Origin: Synechococcus sp.
Lineage (GTDB): Bacteria > Cyanobacteriota > Cyanobacteriia > PCC-6307 > Cyanobiaceae
Reading direction: 5' to 3'
Assembly: GCA_047284725.1 (NCBI GenBank)
Contig: JBJBEO010000001.1
Span: 1,432,203-1,496,202 of the forward strand
DNA: 64,000 nt
Under the pieces are notes generated by a model that saw only the letters and a list, made by a program, of their open reading frames with translations, did not search any database and was not told where the DNA came from. The position numbers and the translations under genes were made by a program. Of this stretch, positions 31,524-41,442 are shown in pieces (the first letter of the stretch is position 1; each line of letters begins with the position of its first letter).

Positions 31524-31881
31524 TTAGTAGCGCGCAAAGACCGAGGACGTCCCGTCATGAACGATGGCAAGATCCTCGAAGCGTTTAGCCTCAACGCCAG
31601 CGACTTGCATACCTGGAGAACCAATCGGCATCCCAGGTCCAGCAAGGCCTCGAATGTCAGGCCGTTCGTATAGCAGTCGTTGGATCGCATTGACTGGAAC
31701 GTGTCCTTCGATCACGTATCCCTCCACAACCGCGTTGTGACAGGAAAGGGCTGACACCATGCGCCTTCCTCACAGCATTCATGTCCTCGGTGACATGGTC
31801 ATCAATGCGGAATCCCGGCGATGCGATGTGCTCCCCCCATTGCGTACAACAACCGCAGCTCGCCAAGCGATACACGGACAT
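31524..31881 (-). pseudogene. Frameshifted DUF411 (metal-binding, CGCC) gene
   Basis: SCGCCTQWGEH in one frame; SCHNAVVEGYVIEGHVP...PGMPIGSPGM in another; no signal peptide. Confidence 0.82.
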
Positions 31882-31989
31882 CTGCGGACCGGTGGCCTAC
31901 TGGTGTCGGGCATCAAGCCATCTCCTTGAACGTTTCATGCGGACTTTCACGAATTAATCAACATCTGATTATTTCTCACTGAGAATATC

Positions 31990-33411
31990 TCAATTTGCCT
32001 CAGAAACAAAAAATCTATTGCGGCCGTGTGACTTGGCTGAATACAGGTTCTTATCCGCTAATTCTCTTGCATCCTCAAACGTGATCGCTCGAGTAGAATC
32101 AATAAAAACAGCACCACAGCTAATGGTAACATTGTTAAACGGAGAGGACTGATGTGGAATCCGACAGACTTCAATGCTTTGTACCATATCAGCAACAATA
32201 GTCACAAAATTGGAAAATTGAACATCATGCAGAATGAGAAAAAATTCTTCGCCACCAAACCTAAAAAATCCGTCCAAAGGCCTCTTAGCGAATTTTGATA
32301 ATTCTTTGGCCACTTGGACAAGGCATTTGTCACCCTTATCATGCCCATAGCCGTCATTATAATTCTTAAAAAAATCCACATCAATCATCACTAGCCCAAC
32401 TGTATTTTGCGATCTGCACGAAATTCGCCAAATCTTTAAGCCAAAAGACTCGAGAGCTCTTCTATTTTTAACGCCGCACAAAGGGTCAATGGTTGCAAGG
32501 TCAGACAGGGAAGAACAATTAAAGACGAGATTGTCAATCAAAGAAATAAATCCATCACTAAGCCTTTCTATCTCCGATGAAGAAGAAACCTCTTCCATGC
32601 ACTGTTTTAACCTACCTGCAATTGAGTTCAGCTTATCCGAAAAGTCGTCGAGATCTCCACGGGGGTCAATCGACGGAATTGACCTAATAATTCTTTCTAT
32701 ATTTTGAATAGGAACAGCAATACTGTCTCTTGATAATTTAATAATTGCGAAGCAAGATAGAATGCCGAACAAAAGAATCATTGCAATCAAATTGCGTGAC
32801 CTATGATTTGCCTGATCAAGCAAACTCGACTCATACTGTTGTCTGAGTGACTCAAGACGCCTGGCATTCTCAAGAACCTCATCCTCAACCAACAATAAAT
32901 CAAGAAGTGGGTAGGAATTTATCAAGTCAAGAGTTTCTTGCCTAGACAAAACTCCTGAGTAAATTTCTTTTTCCACCATACGACTTGCTCTCTGCACTCT
33001 CAAATAAGCAGACTCATGAATACGTTCAAAATTTATAAATTCAATCTTGTTAGCAAATCTTTCCCTCTCTTCATTGAACATTTTATTCTCCATTTCCGAT
33101 AAATACGTAGAAACATGCCCTATATTTTTCCGCTGATCAACGAAAGAAGAAGAATTTCTGCCTGACAAAACCTCAAGCTTTAACCTATCAAGCTTCGCTA
33201 TATCGTAGGCGAGCTCCTGAAAGCCATCAATCTCCAAGTTGATGTTCTCAATTCTAACTTGAGCAGCTATTTCACTGGACCTATACCAGAATTCATAGGA
33301 AATAATTGGAACCGTGGCAAGAAATAAACTAAAAACTTGAAGAGAAACAATTCTTCCGATTAGCTCATTTCGGCGAAAAAAGGGAAACAAAGATGAAAAT
33401 ATTTGCATCAA
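31990..33411 (-). CDS. Membrane-bound diguanylate cyclase (periplasmic sensor + GGDEF)
   Basis: Two TM helices, DPLCGVKNRR, DVDFFKNYND.YGH..GD, RFGGEEF, ADKNLY.AK..GRN; visibly AT-rich. Confidence 0.88.
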   Translation of the reverse strand: MMQIFSSLFPFFRRNELIGRIVSLQVFSLFLATVPIISYEFWYRSSEIAAQVRIENINLEIDGFQELAYDIAKLDRLKLEVLSGRNSSSFVDQRKNIGHVSTYLSEMENKMFNEERERFANKIEFINFERIHESAYLRVQRASRMVEKEIYSGVLSRQETLDLINSYPLLDLLLVEDEVLENARRLESLRQQYESSLLDQANHRSRNLIAMILLFGILSCFAIIKLSRDSIAVPIQNIERIIRSIPSIDPRGDLDDFSDKLNSIAGRLKQCMEEVSSSSEIERLSDGFISLIDNLVFNCSSLSDLATIDPLCGVKNRRALESFGLKIWRISCRSQNTVGLVMIDVDFFKNYNDGYGHDKGDKCLVQVAKELSKFAKRPLDGFFRFGGEEFFLILHDVQFSNFVTIVADMVQSIEVCRIPHQSSPFNNVTISCGAVFIDSTRAITFEDARELADKNLYSAKSHGRNRFFVSEAN

Positions 33412-33414
33412 ACT

Positions 33415-34362
33415 TTAGCCTGATGATCGCAGAAACTTACTAGATATCCGGGGCTTTAGTGTCTGAGAGTCAATTGTTCCGAGCTGAATTCCCGCCTGAT
33501 AAATTAAGTCAATATTTCTTTCAGCAAGACCATCCTGGGAGAGCAATGAGACTTGGGATGCCGGGTTACTGTAAAATTTAAGACCTTCAAGCAACTCCTT
33601 GAATTCATTAGGCTCAAGCCCTTCATTCATAGCCATTGATTCGATAAACGGTTTTTCGTCCTTCTCAAACTTCTGCAAAAATTTTAACCATCCTGCGACT
33701 AAAGCCCGCAATTTACTTTCCTCATTGAGATAGAGATTTGGAGATACAACCATATAATCGAGAACTGCTGCTGGCACGCTAGATGAGTCAAAGATAGTAG
33801 AAGCTCCGAGTTCTCGCGCTAGTTCTGATGTTGGTGGATAAGTAACAATTGCATCAACTTCTCCGTTAGCCAAGGCCTCAGGCATCTTATCCATGACCAT
33901 TGGACGCAGAGCTATATCATCTACACTAAGATGACTATCCTGAAGAGATTGATACAAAACATATGTTCCAAATGCGTCAGTCGTTACGGCTACTTTTCTA
34001 CCCTTCAAATCATTTACGTCCGAGAAATTTATAGACATTAACTGATCACCACCTGTCGATTGATCAATAACCAAAATTATGACTGGGCATCTATCTGGAG
34101 TTATTTTACAAATGTTGGAGATCTCAATTCCTGTTAGCTGTGCAATATCGATTAGCCCTCGCGAGAAAGCCCTTGCGGGGTCAGCCTGATCTTCATATCT
34201 AACGATCTCTAAATTACTTATGTAACCCTCTTCAATAGCAGAATTCAGGATTTCATAGCCTGGCCAAGGCGAATAAGACACCTTCATATTCTCAGAAGAA
34301 TTCGAACATGCGGAAGTGAATGCCAGCAAAAATAAAACAGCAATTCGATTAATAGGATTCAT
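33415..34362 (-). CDS. ABC-type substrate-binding lipoprotein (NMT1/SsuA/THI5-like)
   Basis: Lipobox-like TSAC, WPGY, DQSTGGD, DLKGRKVA and GEVDAIVTYPP; AT-rich; no permease or ATPase nearby. Confidence 0.82.
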   Translation of the reverse strand: MNPINRIAVLFLLAFTSACSNSSENMKVSYSPWPGYEILNSAIEEGYISNLEIVRYEDQADPARAFSRGLIDIAQLTGIEISNICKITPDRCPVIILVIDQSTGGDQLMSINFSDVNDLKGRKVAVTTDAFGTYVLYQSLQDSHLSVDDIALRPMVMDKMPEALANGEVDAIVTYPPTSELARELGASTIFDSSSVPAAVLDYMVVSPNLYLNEESKLRALVAGWLKFLQKFEKDEKPFIESMAMNEGLEPNEFKELLEGLKFYSNPASQVSLLSQDGLAERNIDLIYQAGIQLGTIDSQTLKPRISSKFLRSSG

Positions 34363-34857
34363 TTTTAGCTAAAATTTTATATAACCTAGCGGATTAAGCG
34401 CATTGACAACAGGAATCCAGGATAACTTTATGATTTCGAGCCCACATCAACTTTTAATACAACTCTCACTCGCGGCCAGATAAAACCAATAACGATCTTC
34501 CCTCGAGTCGAGTTAATGGTCGCACTAGAACAATGGCAACAAAAGACAGGCCGCAATAAGGCGACGATCAACAAAATAAAATACATAATACGCTTAAAAA
34601 TATCCTTATCGAGTAGATGTATCGACTAAAATCGATACATCAAGGTTGGCCCAGGGAAACAGCGCCATACCTTGAGGTCATGGACCCAGGGATGTCATAG
34701 CCAAGTCGCTTCGACCCACGTTTCTCTTTTGCAGTGATTGGGTTGAACCATGAACAAACGAGCGCGGAAGGCCGTCTTTCCACCGGGAAGGGCGACCTTC
34801 TCTTTTGACGCCGGATTTCGTCTGTTTCGACGGACAGGAGTTCTGGCAGACAACAAT

Positions 34858-34897
34858 TCATCTGATGGGAATCTTCGATGAGATCCCCATCAGATGA
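34858..34897. repeat. Inverted repeat / hairpin
   Basis: TCATCTGATGGG ... CCCATCAGATGA (12-bp arms) plus inner ATCT/AGAT. Confidence 0.65.
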
Positions 34898-35167
34898 CGG
34901 TGATACAACTGCCTAGGGATGACACAGCCGTGGAGGTGATCGCCCCCTAGGCCCGGGTGAAGTGCTCAGCAACCGCTCATCAGCGGTGAGGCGCATGTCA
35001 CACAGCCTGTCTTGAGCATGGTCTCCCACGCGTCTGACGCACACGATCAGCAGCCACTCGTCGCCCGATGACAGCGTGATCAGAACCCACCTTGCTCGTT
35101 CGGCTTCTTGCCGGTCTGATACACGAACAGCAGGTAGTGCCCCTCGCGGGTGAACTTGATGAAATCC

Positions 35168-35230
35168 AGTGACAGCAGCGGCCACCAGAGCCAGCGTTGA
35201 TCGGCAGGATTCACACCAGCTCCAGCCACC
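35168..35230 (-). pseudogene. Older displaced DUF4336 5' end (VAGAGVNPADQRWLWWPLLSL)
   Basis: Shares CAGCAGCGGCCA and the DQxWxxWPLL motif with 22256ff and 31176ff; breaks at the same codon. Confidence 0.65.
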
Positions 35231-35273
35231 AAGATCGACCCATTGATGCCGTGATTCTGCAGGCCCCCATGGT

Positions 35274-38200
35274 TCAACGAGACTCAGAAGGGAGAAGCCA
35301 TCGCCCATAGCGGGCATACAACGCCGGTATCACCACCAACGTAAGCAGGGTGGAGGTGATGAGCCCGCCGAGCACAACGATGGCGAGAGGCTGAAGGATT
35401 TCATTGCCGGCGCCAAAAGCAAGGGCCAACGGCACCATGCCAAGGGATGAGGTCAGTGCCGTCATCAAGATGGCGTTGAGCCTTTCCAGGCTGCCGTTGC
35501 GAATCAACTCCATCGGTGGTTCACCGTTTTGATGTCGCCGATTGAAGTTGTCCACCAGCAACAGGCCATTGCGAACGGCCACTCCGAACAAGGTGATGAA
35601 ACCGATCAAGGACGCCACCGACAGCACCCCACCACTGATCAAAACGGCCACCAGCCCACCAACCAGGGCCAGAGGCAGATTGATCAGAATGGCCACCGTG
35701 GCCGGCCACGAGCGCACCGCCACCAGCATCAAGCCAGCAATCACCACAGCGGCCAAAAGGCTGTAGAGAACCAAGGCGCGAGTTGCGCGTTGCTCTGATT
35801 CGAATTGACCTCCGTAGCGAATGCTGTAGCCAACCGGAAGCCGGACGACCTTGGCCACCTGGCTGCGAATGTCGTTCACCACAGGGCTCAAAGCGCGACC
35901 GGACACATTGGCTGACACCAGAATCCGGCGAGCCACATCCTCACGGTTGATCTCGTTCGGGCCACGGGTCGACGTCACCATGACGAAATCGCCAAGCGGT
36001 TTGAGCACACCAGAAGTGGTTCGAATCGGCAGGCGACGCAAGGCGTCGACATCACTGCGTTCCTCAGGAGGCAGCATCACAACCAGGGGATCTCGGCCAC
36101 TGGCGGGCTCAGGCGGGCTGATGCGTGCACCATGAAGGCCAACGTCGATCGCTTCCGCCAGGGTTGCCAGGCCCACTCCATCCTGCAGAGCCCGTTCACG
36201 ATCAAGCGTCAGTTGAATCTGGGGCACCGGCAGCAGAGGCTCAAGCTGAAGATCCACCACTCCTGGCACATCACCCACCACATCACGCACCTGCTCTCCA
36301 AGACGGCGCAGTTCATTCAGATCAGGGCCGGAAATCTTGATGGCGATGGCACTGCGGACACCCGAGAGCACTTCATCCATCCGGTGGGAGATGAACCCAC
36401 CGATGTTGGGGGCCACACCAGGCAGTGCGAGAAAGGCCTCACGAATCCGAGCGATGGCAGCCGGGCGATCCGCTATGGCCAGATCACTCAGTTCAAGATC
36501 CACATGGGCGATGTTCACGCCCGCCCCATCGGCATCCCCTGGAGCACGCCCGGAGCGCACCTGAATCCAGTCGACGTCGTCGCTGGACTGGAGACGTTCG
36601 GAGAGAACTGTGCCGGCGCGGCTGGTCATCTCGAGCGACACACCCGGGTAGAGCACCATCGAGTTCACCAGCGATTGCTCGCGAAACTCCGGCAAGAACA
36701 CCCGTCCAAGCCCCGGAAGAATCAAGACAGCCGCCACCACCGTTGCCAAGGCAAGAGCCAAAACACGGCGCGGTGTGGCCAAAGAAAGATTGAGGATCGG
36801 TTTGTAGAGCCGTGCTGCTGTGCGCTCAACCCAAGAGCTTTCAGCCGGCAGCGGAGACCGACTGAGCAACAGAGCACAGAGGGCCGGTGAAAGGGTGAGC
36901 GCCACAAGCGTCGACGCCACAATCGACAGCACGTAGGCAATGCCCATCGGCATGAAAATGCGCCCTTCCACGCCCGTGAGCGTGAAGACCGGGGAGAACA
37001 CCACCACGATGATCAAGGTGGAGAACAGCACCGGCTGACGCACCTCCACCGATGTGCGGAAGACCACCTCCAAAGGGTCTTGGGGTGAGGGCAACTGGCG
37101 ATTGCGGCGCAGGCCCCGATAGCAGTTCTCCATGTCGACGATGGCGTCATCGACCACCGACCCAATGGCAACCACCAAACCACCGAGGGTCATGGTGTTG
37201 AGCTGCAGCCCGAGCCAGCGCATCAACAACAGACCCACCAACAACGACAACGGAATGGCGCTGAGGGTGATCACAGCGGTGCGCCAATTCATCAGAAACA
37301 ACACCAACACGGCCGCCACAATCACCACGCCGAGCAGCAGTGACTCGCTCACATTGCGGATGGCTAGGTCGATGAACTGGGCCTGACGGAAGGTCTGATG
37401 CACCTGCACACCCTCCAGCAGGGATGCATTGAGCTGTTCAACCCGTTGTTCCACAGCCCGCGTCAGCCGCGGGGTATCCACATCGGGCTGTTTGTTGATC
37501 ATCAACACCACAGCTGGCTTGGCATTAAATGTGGCTTCGCCACGCCGTAAGGCAGCACCTGAGCGAATCTCAGCGACATCGCCTAAGGAGTTGATCTCAC
37601 CAGTGGCTGATCGCACAGGCATCCGTTCCAGATCAACACTGCTCGTGCTGAAGGTGGGAGGAAGAATCAGACGTTCCTGGCCGCCAGCAATCTGAACACC
37701 ACCGCGGCCGTTGAACAGCGAATCGCGAGTCGCCTGAACAACATCAGCGAGAGCAAGATTGCGCTGCTGCAGGGCCGCCAGGTTCAGCTGCACTTGTGTC
37801 TGCGGCAGGTCACCGCCGTAGATCGTCACCTGGGCAACGCCAGGGATGGCAAGCAAAGCGTTTTCGTAAGTGGTTTCAACCAAGGAGCGCAATCGCAATC
37901 GCTCATCTGCCGACGCCGAGTCCGGCAGGGTGAAGGCGTATTGGAGAACGGTGCCGAGGGGCGAAAGCGGTGGGGAAATTTCAGGCGAATCGGCCGAGGC
38001 TGGCAACTGTGTGCGGAGCTGCTGCAACCGTTCAGACACCAACTGGCGTGCGTTCTGCAACTGCGCGGTATCGCGGAACGCCACCTGCACCATCGAAAGG
38101 CCAGGTTTGGATGCTGAGCGCACCACCTCCACACCAGGCAAACCATTCACAGCCGCCTCAATCGGCGCACTGATCTGCCGCTCAACCTGCTCCGGGGCCA

Positions 38201-38378
38201 GACCAGGAGCGGCCGTTTGAATCTCCACCTGCGGCGGCGCGAAGGGGGGAAACACATCCAGGGGCATCTGAACAAGGTTCAGAACGCCCCACATACTTAT
38301 CAGCAGCGAGCAGAAAACAACCAGCCATCGGCGCGCAATCGAAGCACGCAAGATGGCGTTAAGAAGCCTGGTCAACAT
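35274..38378 (-). CDS. Heavy-metal efflux RND permease (CusA/CzcA family)
   Basis: 1034 aa; DVFPPFAPPQV, GSVVDDAIVDMEN, EGRIFMP, RLNAILMTA and QPLAIVVLGGL. Confidence 0.93.
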   Translation of the reverse strand: MLTRLLNAILRASIARRWLVVFCSLLISMWGVLNLVQMPLDVFPPFAPPQVEIQTAAPGLAPEQVERQISAPIEAAVNGLPGVEVVRSASKPGLSMVQVAFRDTAQLQNARQLVSERLQQLRTQLPASADSPEISPPLSPLGTVLQYAFTLPDSASADERLRLRSLVETTYENALLAIPGVAQVTIYGGDLPQTQVQLNLAALQQRNLALADVVQATRDSLFNGRGGVQIAGGQERLILPPTFSTSSVDLERMPVRSATGEINSLGDVAEIRSGAALRRGEATFNAKPAVVLMINKQPDVDTPRLTRAVEQRVEQLNASLLEGVQVHQTFRQAQFIDLAIRNVSESLLLGVVIVAAVLVLFLMNWRTAVITLSAIPLSLLVGLLLMRWLGLQLNTMTLGGLVVAIGSVVDDAIVDMENCYRGLRRNRQLPSPQDPLEVVFRTSVEVRQPVLFSTLIIVVVFSPVFTLTGVEGRIFMPMGIAYVLSIVASTLVALTLSPALCALLLSRSPLPAESSWVERTAARLYKPILNLSLATPRRVLALALATVVAAVLILPGLGRVFLPEFREQSLVNSMVLYPGVSLEMTSRAGTVLSERLQSSDDVDWIQVRSGRAPGDADGAGVNIAHVDLELSDLAIADRPAAIARIREAFLALPGVAPNIGGFISHRMDEVLSGVRSAIAIKISGPDLNELRRLGEQVRDVVGDVPGVVDLQLEPLLPVPQIQLTLDRERALQDGVGLATLAEAIDVGLHGARISPPEPASGRDPLVVMLPPEERSDVDALRRLPIRTTSGVLKPLGDFVMVTSTRGPNEINREDVARRILVSANVSGRALSPVVNDIRSQVAKVVRLPVGYSIRYGGQFESEQRATRALVLYSLLAAVVIAGLMLVAVRSWPATVAILINLPLALVGGLVAVLISGGVLSVASLIGFITLFGVAVRNGLLLVDNFNRRHQNGEPPMELIRNGSLERLNAILMTALTSSLGMVPLALAFGAGNEILQPLAIVVLGGLITSTLLTLVVIPALYARYGRWLLPSESR

Positions 38379-38390
38379 CGAGGTATCCGA

Positions 38391-38978
38391 TCAACCTTGA
38401 TTTGATCCAGAATCACTACTGCGAATTCCCAATCCCACCGCAAGGATCACGAGCACAGCAACACCAACACCTCCTGGGAGTAGCCATGCCGGAGTGTTGC
38501 TTTGTGCCGATTGATCGTCAGCCTGAGCATGCTTGGCAGCAGCGGTGCTGGCTGAGCTTTCCTCAACAGAAACGCGATCCTTCTTCTGAGACTCGGCGTA
38601 AAGCGAAAGAGCACCTGAAACAACCACCTGTTCATCGGCGCTGACGCCCTCGAGAACAACCGTGCGATCGCCGGTTACAGCTCCAAGAACGACGAACACC
38701 GGGTCATAGGTGTTGCCACTGCGAACGAAAACCAGTGATTTCCCATTTGCCTCAACGATGGCGACGGTCGGCAGGGTCAACTGCCCATCAGGCTCGCTCT
38801 GAGGTGCAGCAGTGGTGATGCCCAAGAGCTGATCCTGCTCAGGCGAGGCCTTCACCTGATCGACCTCACCGTTCTGAACGAACTCATCACCATGGCCAGA
38901 ATGGGCCAGCGCGGCTGGGCCAACAAAAGCTTGAGCACCACTGCAAAGCAGTACGCAGCTAAGAGCGAGCGCGCGCAT
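38391..38978 (-). CDS. Short RND periplasmic-adaptor-like protein with His-rich N-terminus
   Basis: Signal peptide, HSGHGDEF, adaptor C-terminal motif LPTVAIVE..GKSLVFV...VLEG...EQVVVSGA, and a C-terminal TM helix. Confidence 0.75.
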   Translation of the reverse strand: MRALALSCVLLCSGAQAFVGPAALAHSGHGDEFVQNGEVDQVKASPEQDQLLGITTAAPQSEPDGQLTLPTVAIVEANGKSLVFVRSGNTYDPVFVVLGAVTGDRTVVLEGVSADEQVVVSGALSLYAESQKKDRVSVEESSASTAAAKHAQADDQSAQSNTPAWLLPGGVGVAVLVILAVGLGIRSSDSGSNQG

Positions 38979-39329
38979 GCGTTCATCAGGAAGACGACAA
39001 CTAATTTTCGGCTAATGTCCGGGATTTAACAACCTGCCAAGAGAAGCCTCAGTTCCACACCGTCAAACCCAATTTCACGAAATCCCAAGGCCAACTCAGG
39101 AAGATGTCCTTCATAAAATCCGGAAACAGGGAATACAGAAGCAGTAAAGGCCGCCTGGACCAACGTTGACCCCCAGATTGCGTTCTGTTCAACACCACAG
39201 AACGCTGAACCCTTCTTCAATGTTACAAAGCCAGACAACCAAAGGTCAGCACTCGATAGCGTTGTTTGAGAGCTGAAAAGCGGAGACATCACGGTGCTCA
39301 GATCCCTCCGCAGGCGATGCAGGCGACTC

Positions 39330-39776
39330 ATGATCGCCATCTTCAGTGTCGCCTTGATTCTCATACAACCCGTGGGAACATTCGCCTGCGTGCCTGGCCT
39401 TGAATGGGGAATGGATCGCTCCAGCCTTGAAGCCCACCTGGGAGTGCCCCTCAGTGAAAGGAATGACAGCACCTTTGAAGCCCAATCTCTTCAGATCGGA
39501 GAGCTTCCGGTGAGTCGGCTGCGGTTGCAGATGGGCGATCAAGGTCTGAAGCATCTGGCATACGAGCTTCAACCTGATTCGATGGTCGAAGTCTTGGCAG
39601 GCTTGCGCTCCCGCTATGGATCTCCGGTGAGCACCACATTGGATGACAAACAGCAACCTTTACAGCAGGTCTGGGTCTGGAACACTGGAGATGACTGCAT
39701 CACGGCTGTCCGATCCGGAAACGACGCGTTTGTGCTCAGCTACCGTCCCACCCGCCTCAATCCAGCGCTGCTTTAA
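39330..39776 (+). CDS. Exported hypothetical protein
   Basis: Signal peptide, GLEWGM, LRSRYG.P and WVWN; host-like codon usage. Confidence 0.65.
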   Translation: MIAIFSVALILIQPVGTFACVPGLEWGMDRSSLEAHLGVPLSERNDSTFEAQSLQIGELPVSRLRLQMGDQGLKHLAYELQPDSMVEVLAGLRSRYGSPVSTTLDDKQQPLQQVWVWNTGDDCITAVRSGNDAFVLSYRPTRLNPALL

Positions 39777-40485
39777 GTGGTTAGGGCTCAGGTTGCCAAA
39801 GGAAGCAGCACCAGCAGACAACGGCTGGATGACGCGCGATGGCACTGAATCCTCCAGTGCCAAATCGTAGCAGCCGTGATGCCAATCATCTTTTCGACAA
39901 CTGATCCAGAGCGCCAAGGACACACGAGAGAAACAGCAAGTGCAACCGCACACTCTGATCTCAAGCCGAACGAACCTGTAATAACTTCAGATCGCATCCA
40001 TCATAACCAGCTGCACACAGTCTCAGAGACAATTGACTGATAAACCATTCTCAGGATCTGCCTTCGTGTGGTGAAACACTGAAGAATCAGGCAAGGTGCG
40101 CCATAGCGCTGACTGAAGACCACGACCATCATCAAGGCCATCAGCTTGAAGACCCTTCACTTGCAGCCCAGTGCATCGCCAATCGATTAGGAGTCGACCA
40201 CCCGAACAATTGAAAGAATAAGCGCTGTTGAATCAATCATTTCTGACCACTTGAATTGTTGCCTCAAAGCCACATCGGCTTTCAAGAATGACTTTTCAAC
40301 AGCAAGCTTCAGCCATGAGTTTGCTCTCATTAACGCATCACGGCCACCACGGCTGTATGCCATGCAAGCCATCAGAGAATCATCGAGATTTTCACTTCGG
40401 CTTGTCTCGTTTCTAAACACTGTGGAGCTGACCAAGGGAGTTCAGGACACCAGTCCAATACGATTTTCACCCGTCAGCCGAGCCA

Positions 40486-41442
40486 ATGACGATTGATTGC
40501 CTGTGTATCGGTCTGCTTTGCGCAGATTTGGTCTGCGACCCGATTGACGCATTGCCAAACCCCGGTCAGCTGATTGAAACCCACAGAATGGATCTGAGCC
40601 TTGGAGGCTGCGCAGCGAATGCGGCCTATGACCTCGCGCACCTTGGCGTGTCTGTTGGCGTCGGAGGTGGCATCGGCGACGATTTTTTCGGCCAGTATCT
40701 GGTTCACACCCTTGAGCAAGCGGGCGTCGACACAGCAGGCATTCACCGCACTGGAGACGCGGCAACGGCAACAACAGCAGTGATCAATGTGCATGGAGAT
40801 GACAGGCGCTTCATCTCAGCTGTCGGAGCCAACCGCTTATTCACCCAGGACATGATCCCGGCAGGTCTGATCGAATCCGCCAGGGTGATCTACATCGGTG
40901 GCTTCCTGATGCTGGATGCTCTGGAAACCGAGGAGACCCTGCACCGATTGCGCCAGGCGCGCGCCAATGGCGCCCTTGTTGTGTTGGATGTGATCGAAGT
41001 GATCGATCCGGCGGCCATGAAGCGGGTGGCTCGGTTTCTGCCCTATGCCGATGTCGTGCTTCCCAACACGGACGAAGCCGCCCTGCTGACCGGATGCACG
41101 GACCCTTGGGACCAGGCACGCACGTTCCTGGATGCAGGAGCAAGCACTGTTGTCATCACCGGAGGTGAGCAGGGCGTGCATGTCATGCAGCACGGTTTGC
41201 GTTTGCGGAGTGACGCCTACCCCACGACCTTCAGGGGGGGGACAGGTGCCGGCGATGCCTTTGATGCGGGATTCATCGCCGGCCATCTCAACGGCCAGGA
41301 TCTCCGAGGCTGTCTTCGCTGGGGTAGTGCGATGGGGGCCAGCTGTGTGCGCAGCACCTCGGCAACAGCCAGTGTCTTCGACAGGGCAGAAGCCCTTCAG
41401 TTCATGACCAGCCATGAACTGCACATCGAGGAGCTCGAATGA
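40486..41442 (+). CDS. PfkB family carbohydrate kinase
   Basis: GGCAANAA..LAHLG, IGDDFFG, PNTDEA and GTGAGDAFDAG. Confidence 0.9.
   Translation: MTIDCLCIGLLCADLVCDPIDALPNPGQLIETHRMDLSLGGCAANAAYDLAHLGVSVGVGGGIGDDFFGQYLVHTLEQAGVDTAGIHRTGDAATATTAVINVHGDDRRFISAVGANRLFTQDMIPAGLIESARVIYIGGFLMLDALETEETLHRLRQARANGALVVLDVIEVIDPAAMKRVARFLPYADVVLPNTDEAALLTGCTDPWDQARTFLDAGASTVVITGGEQGVHVMQHGLRLRSDAYPTTFRGGTGAGDAFDAGFIAGHLNGQDLRGCLRWGSAMGASCVRSTSATASVFDRAEALQFMTSHELHIEELE

Noticed and set aside
39780..40480. Short ORFs between the exported protein and pfkB
   Set aside because: No motifs; conflicting overlapping frames; probably eroded DNA.
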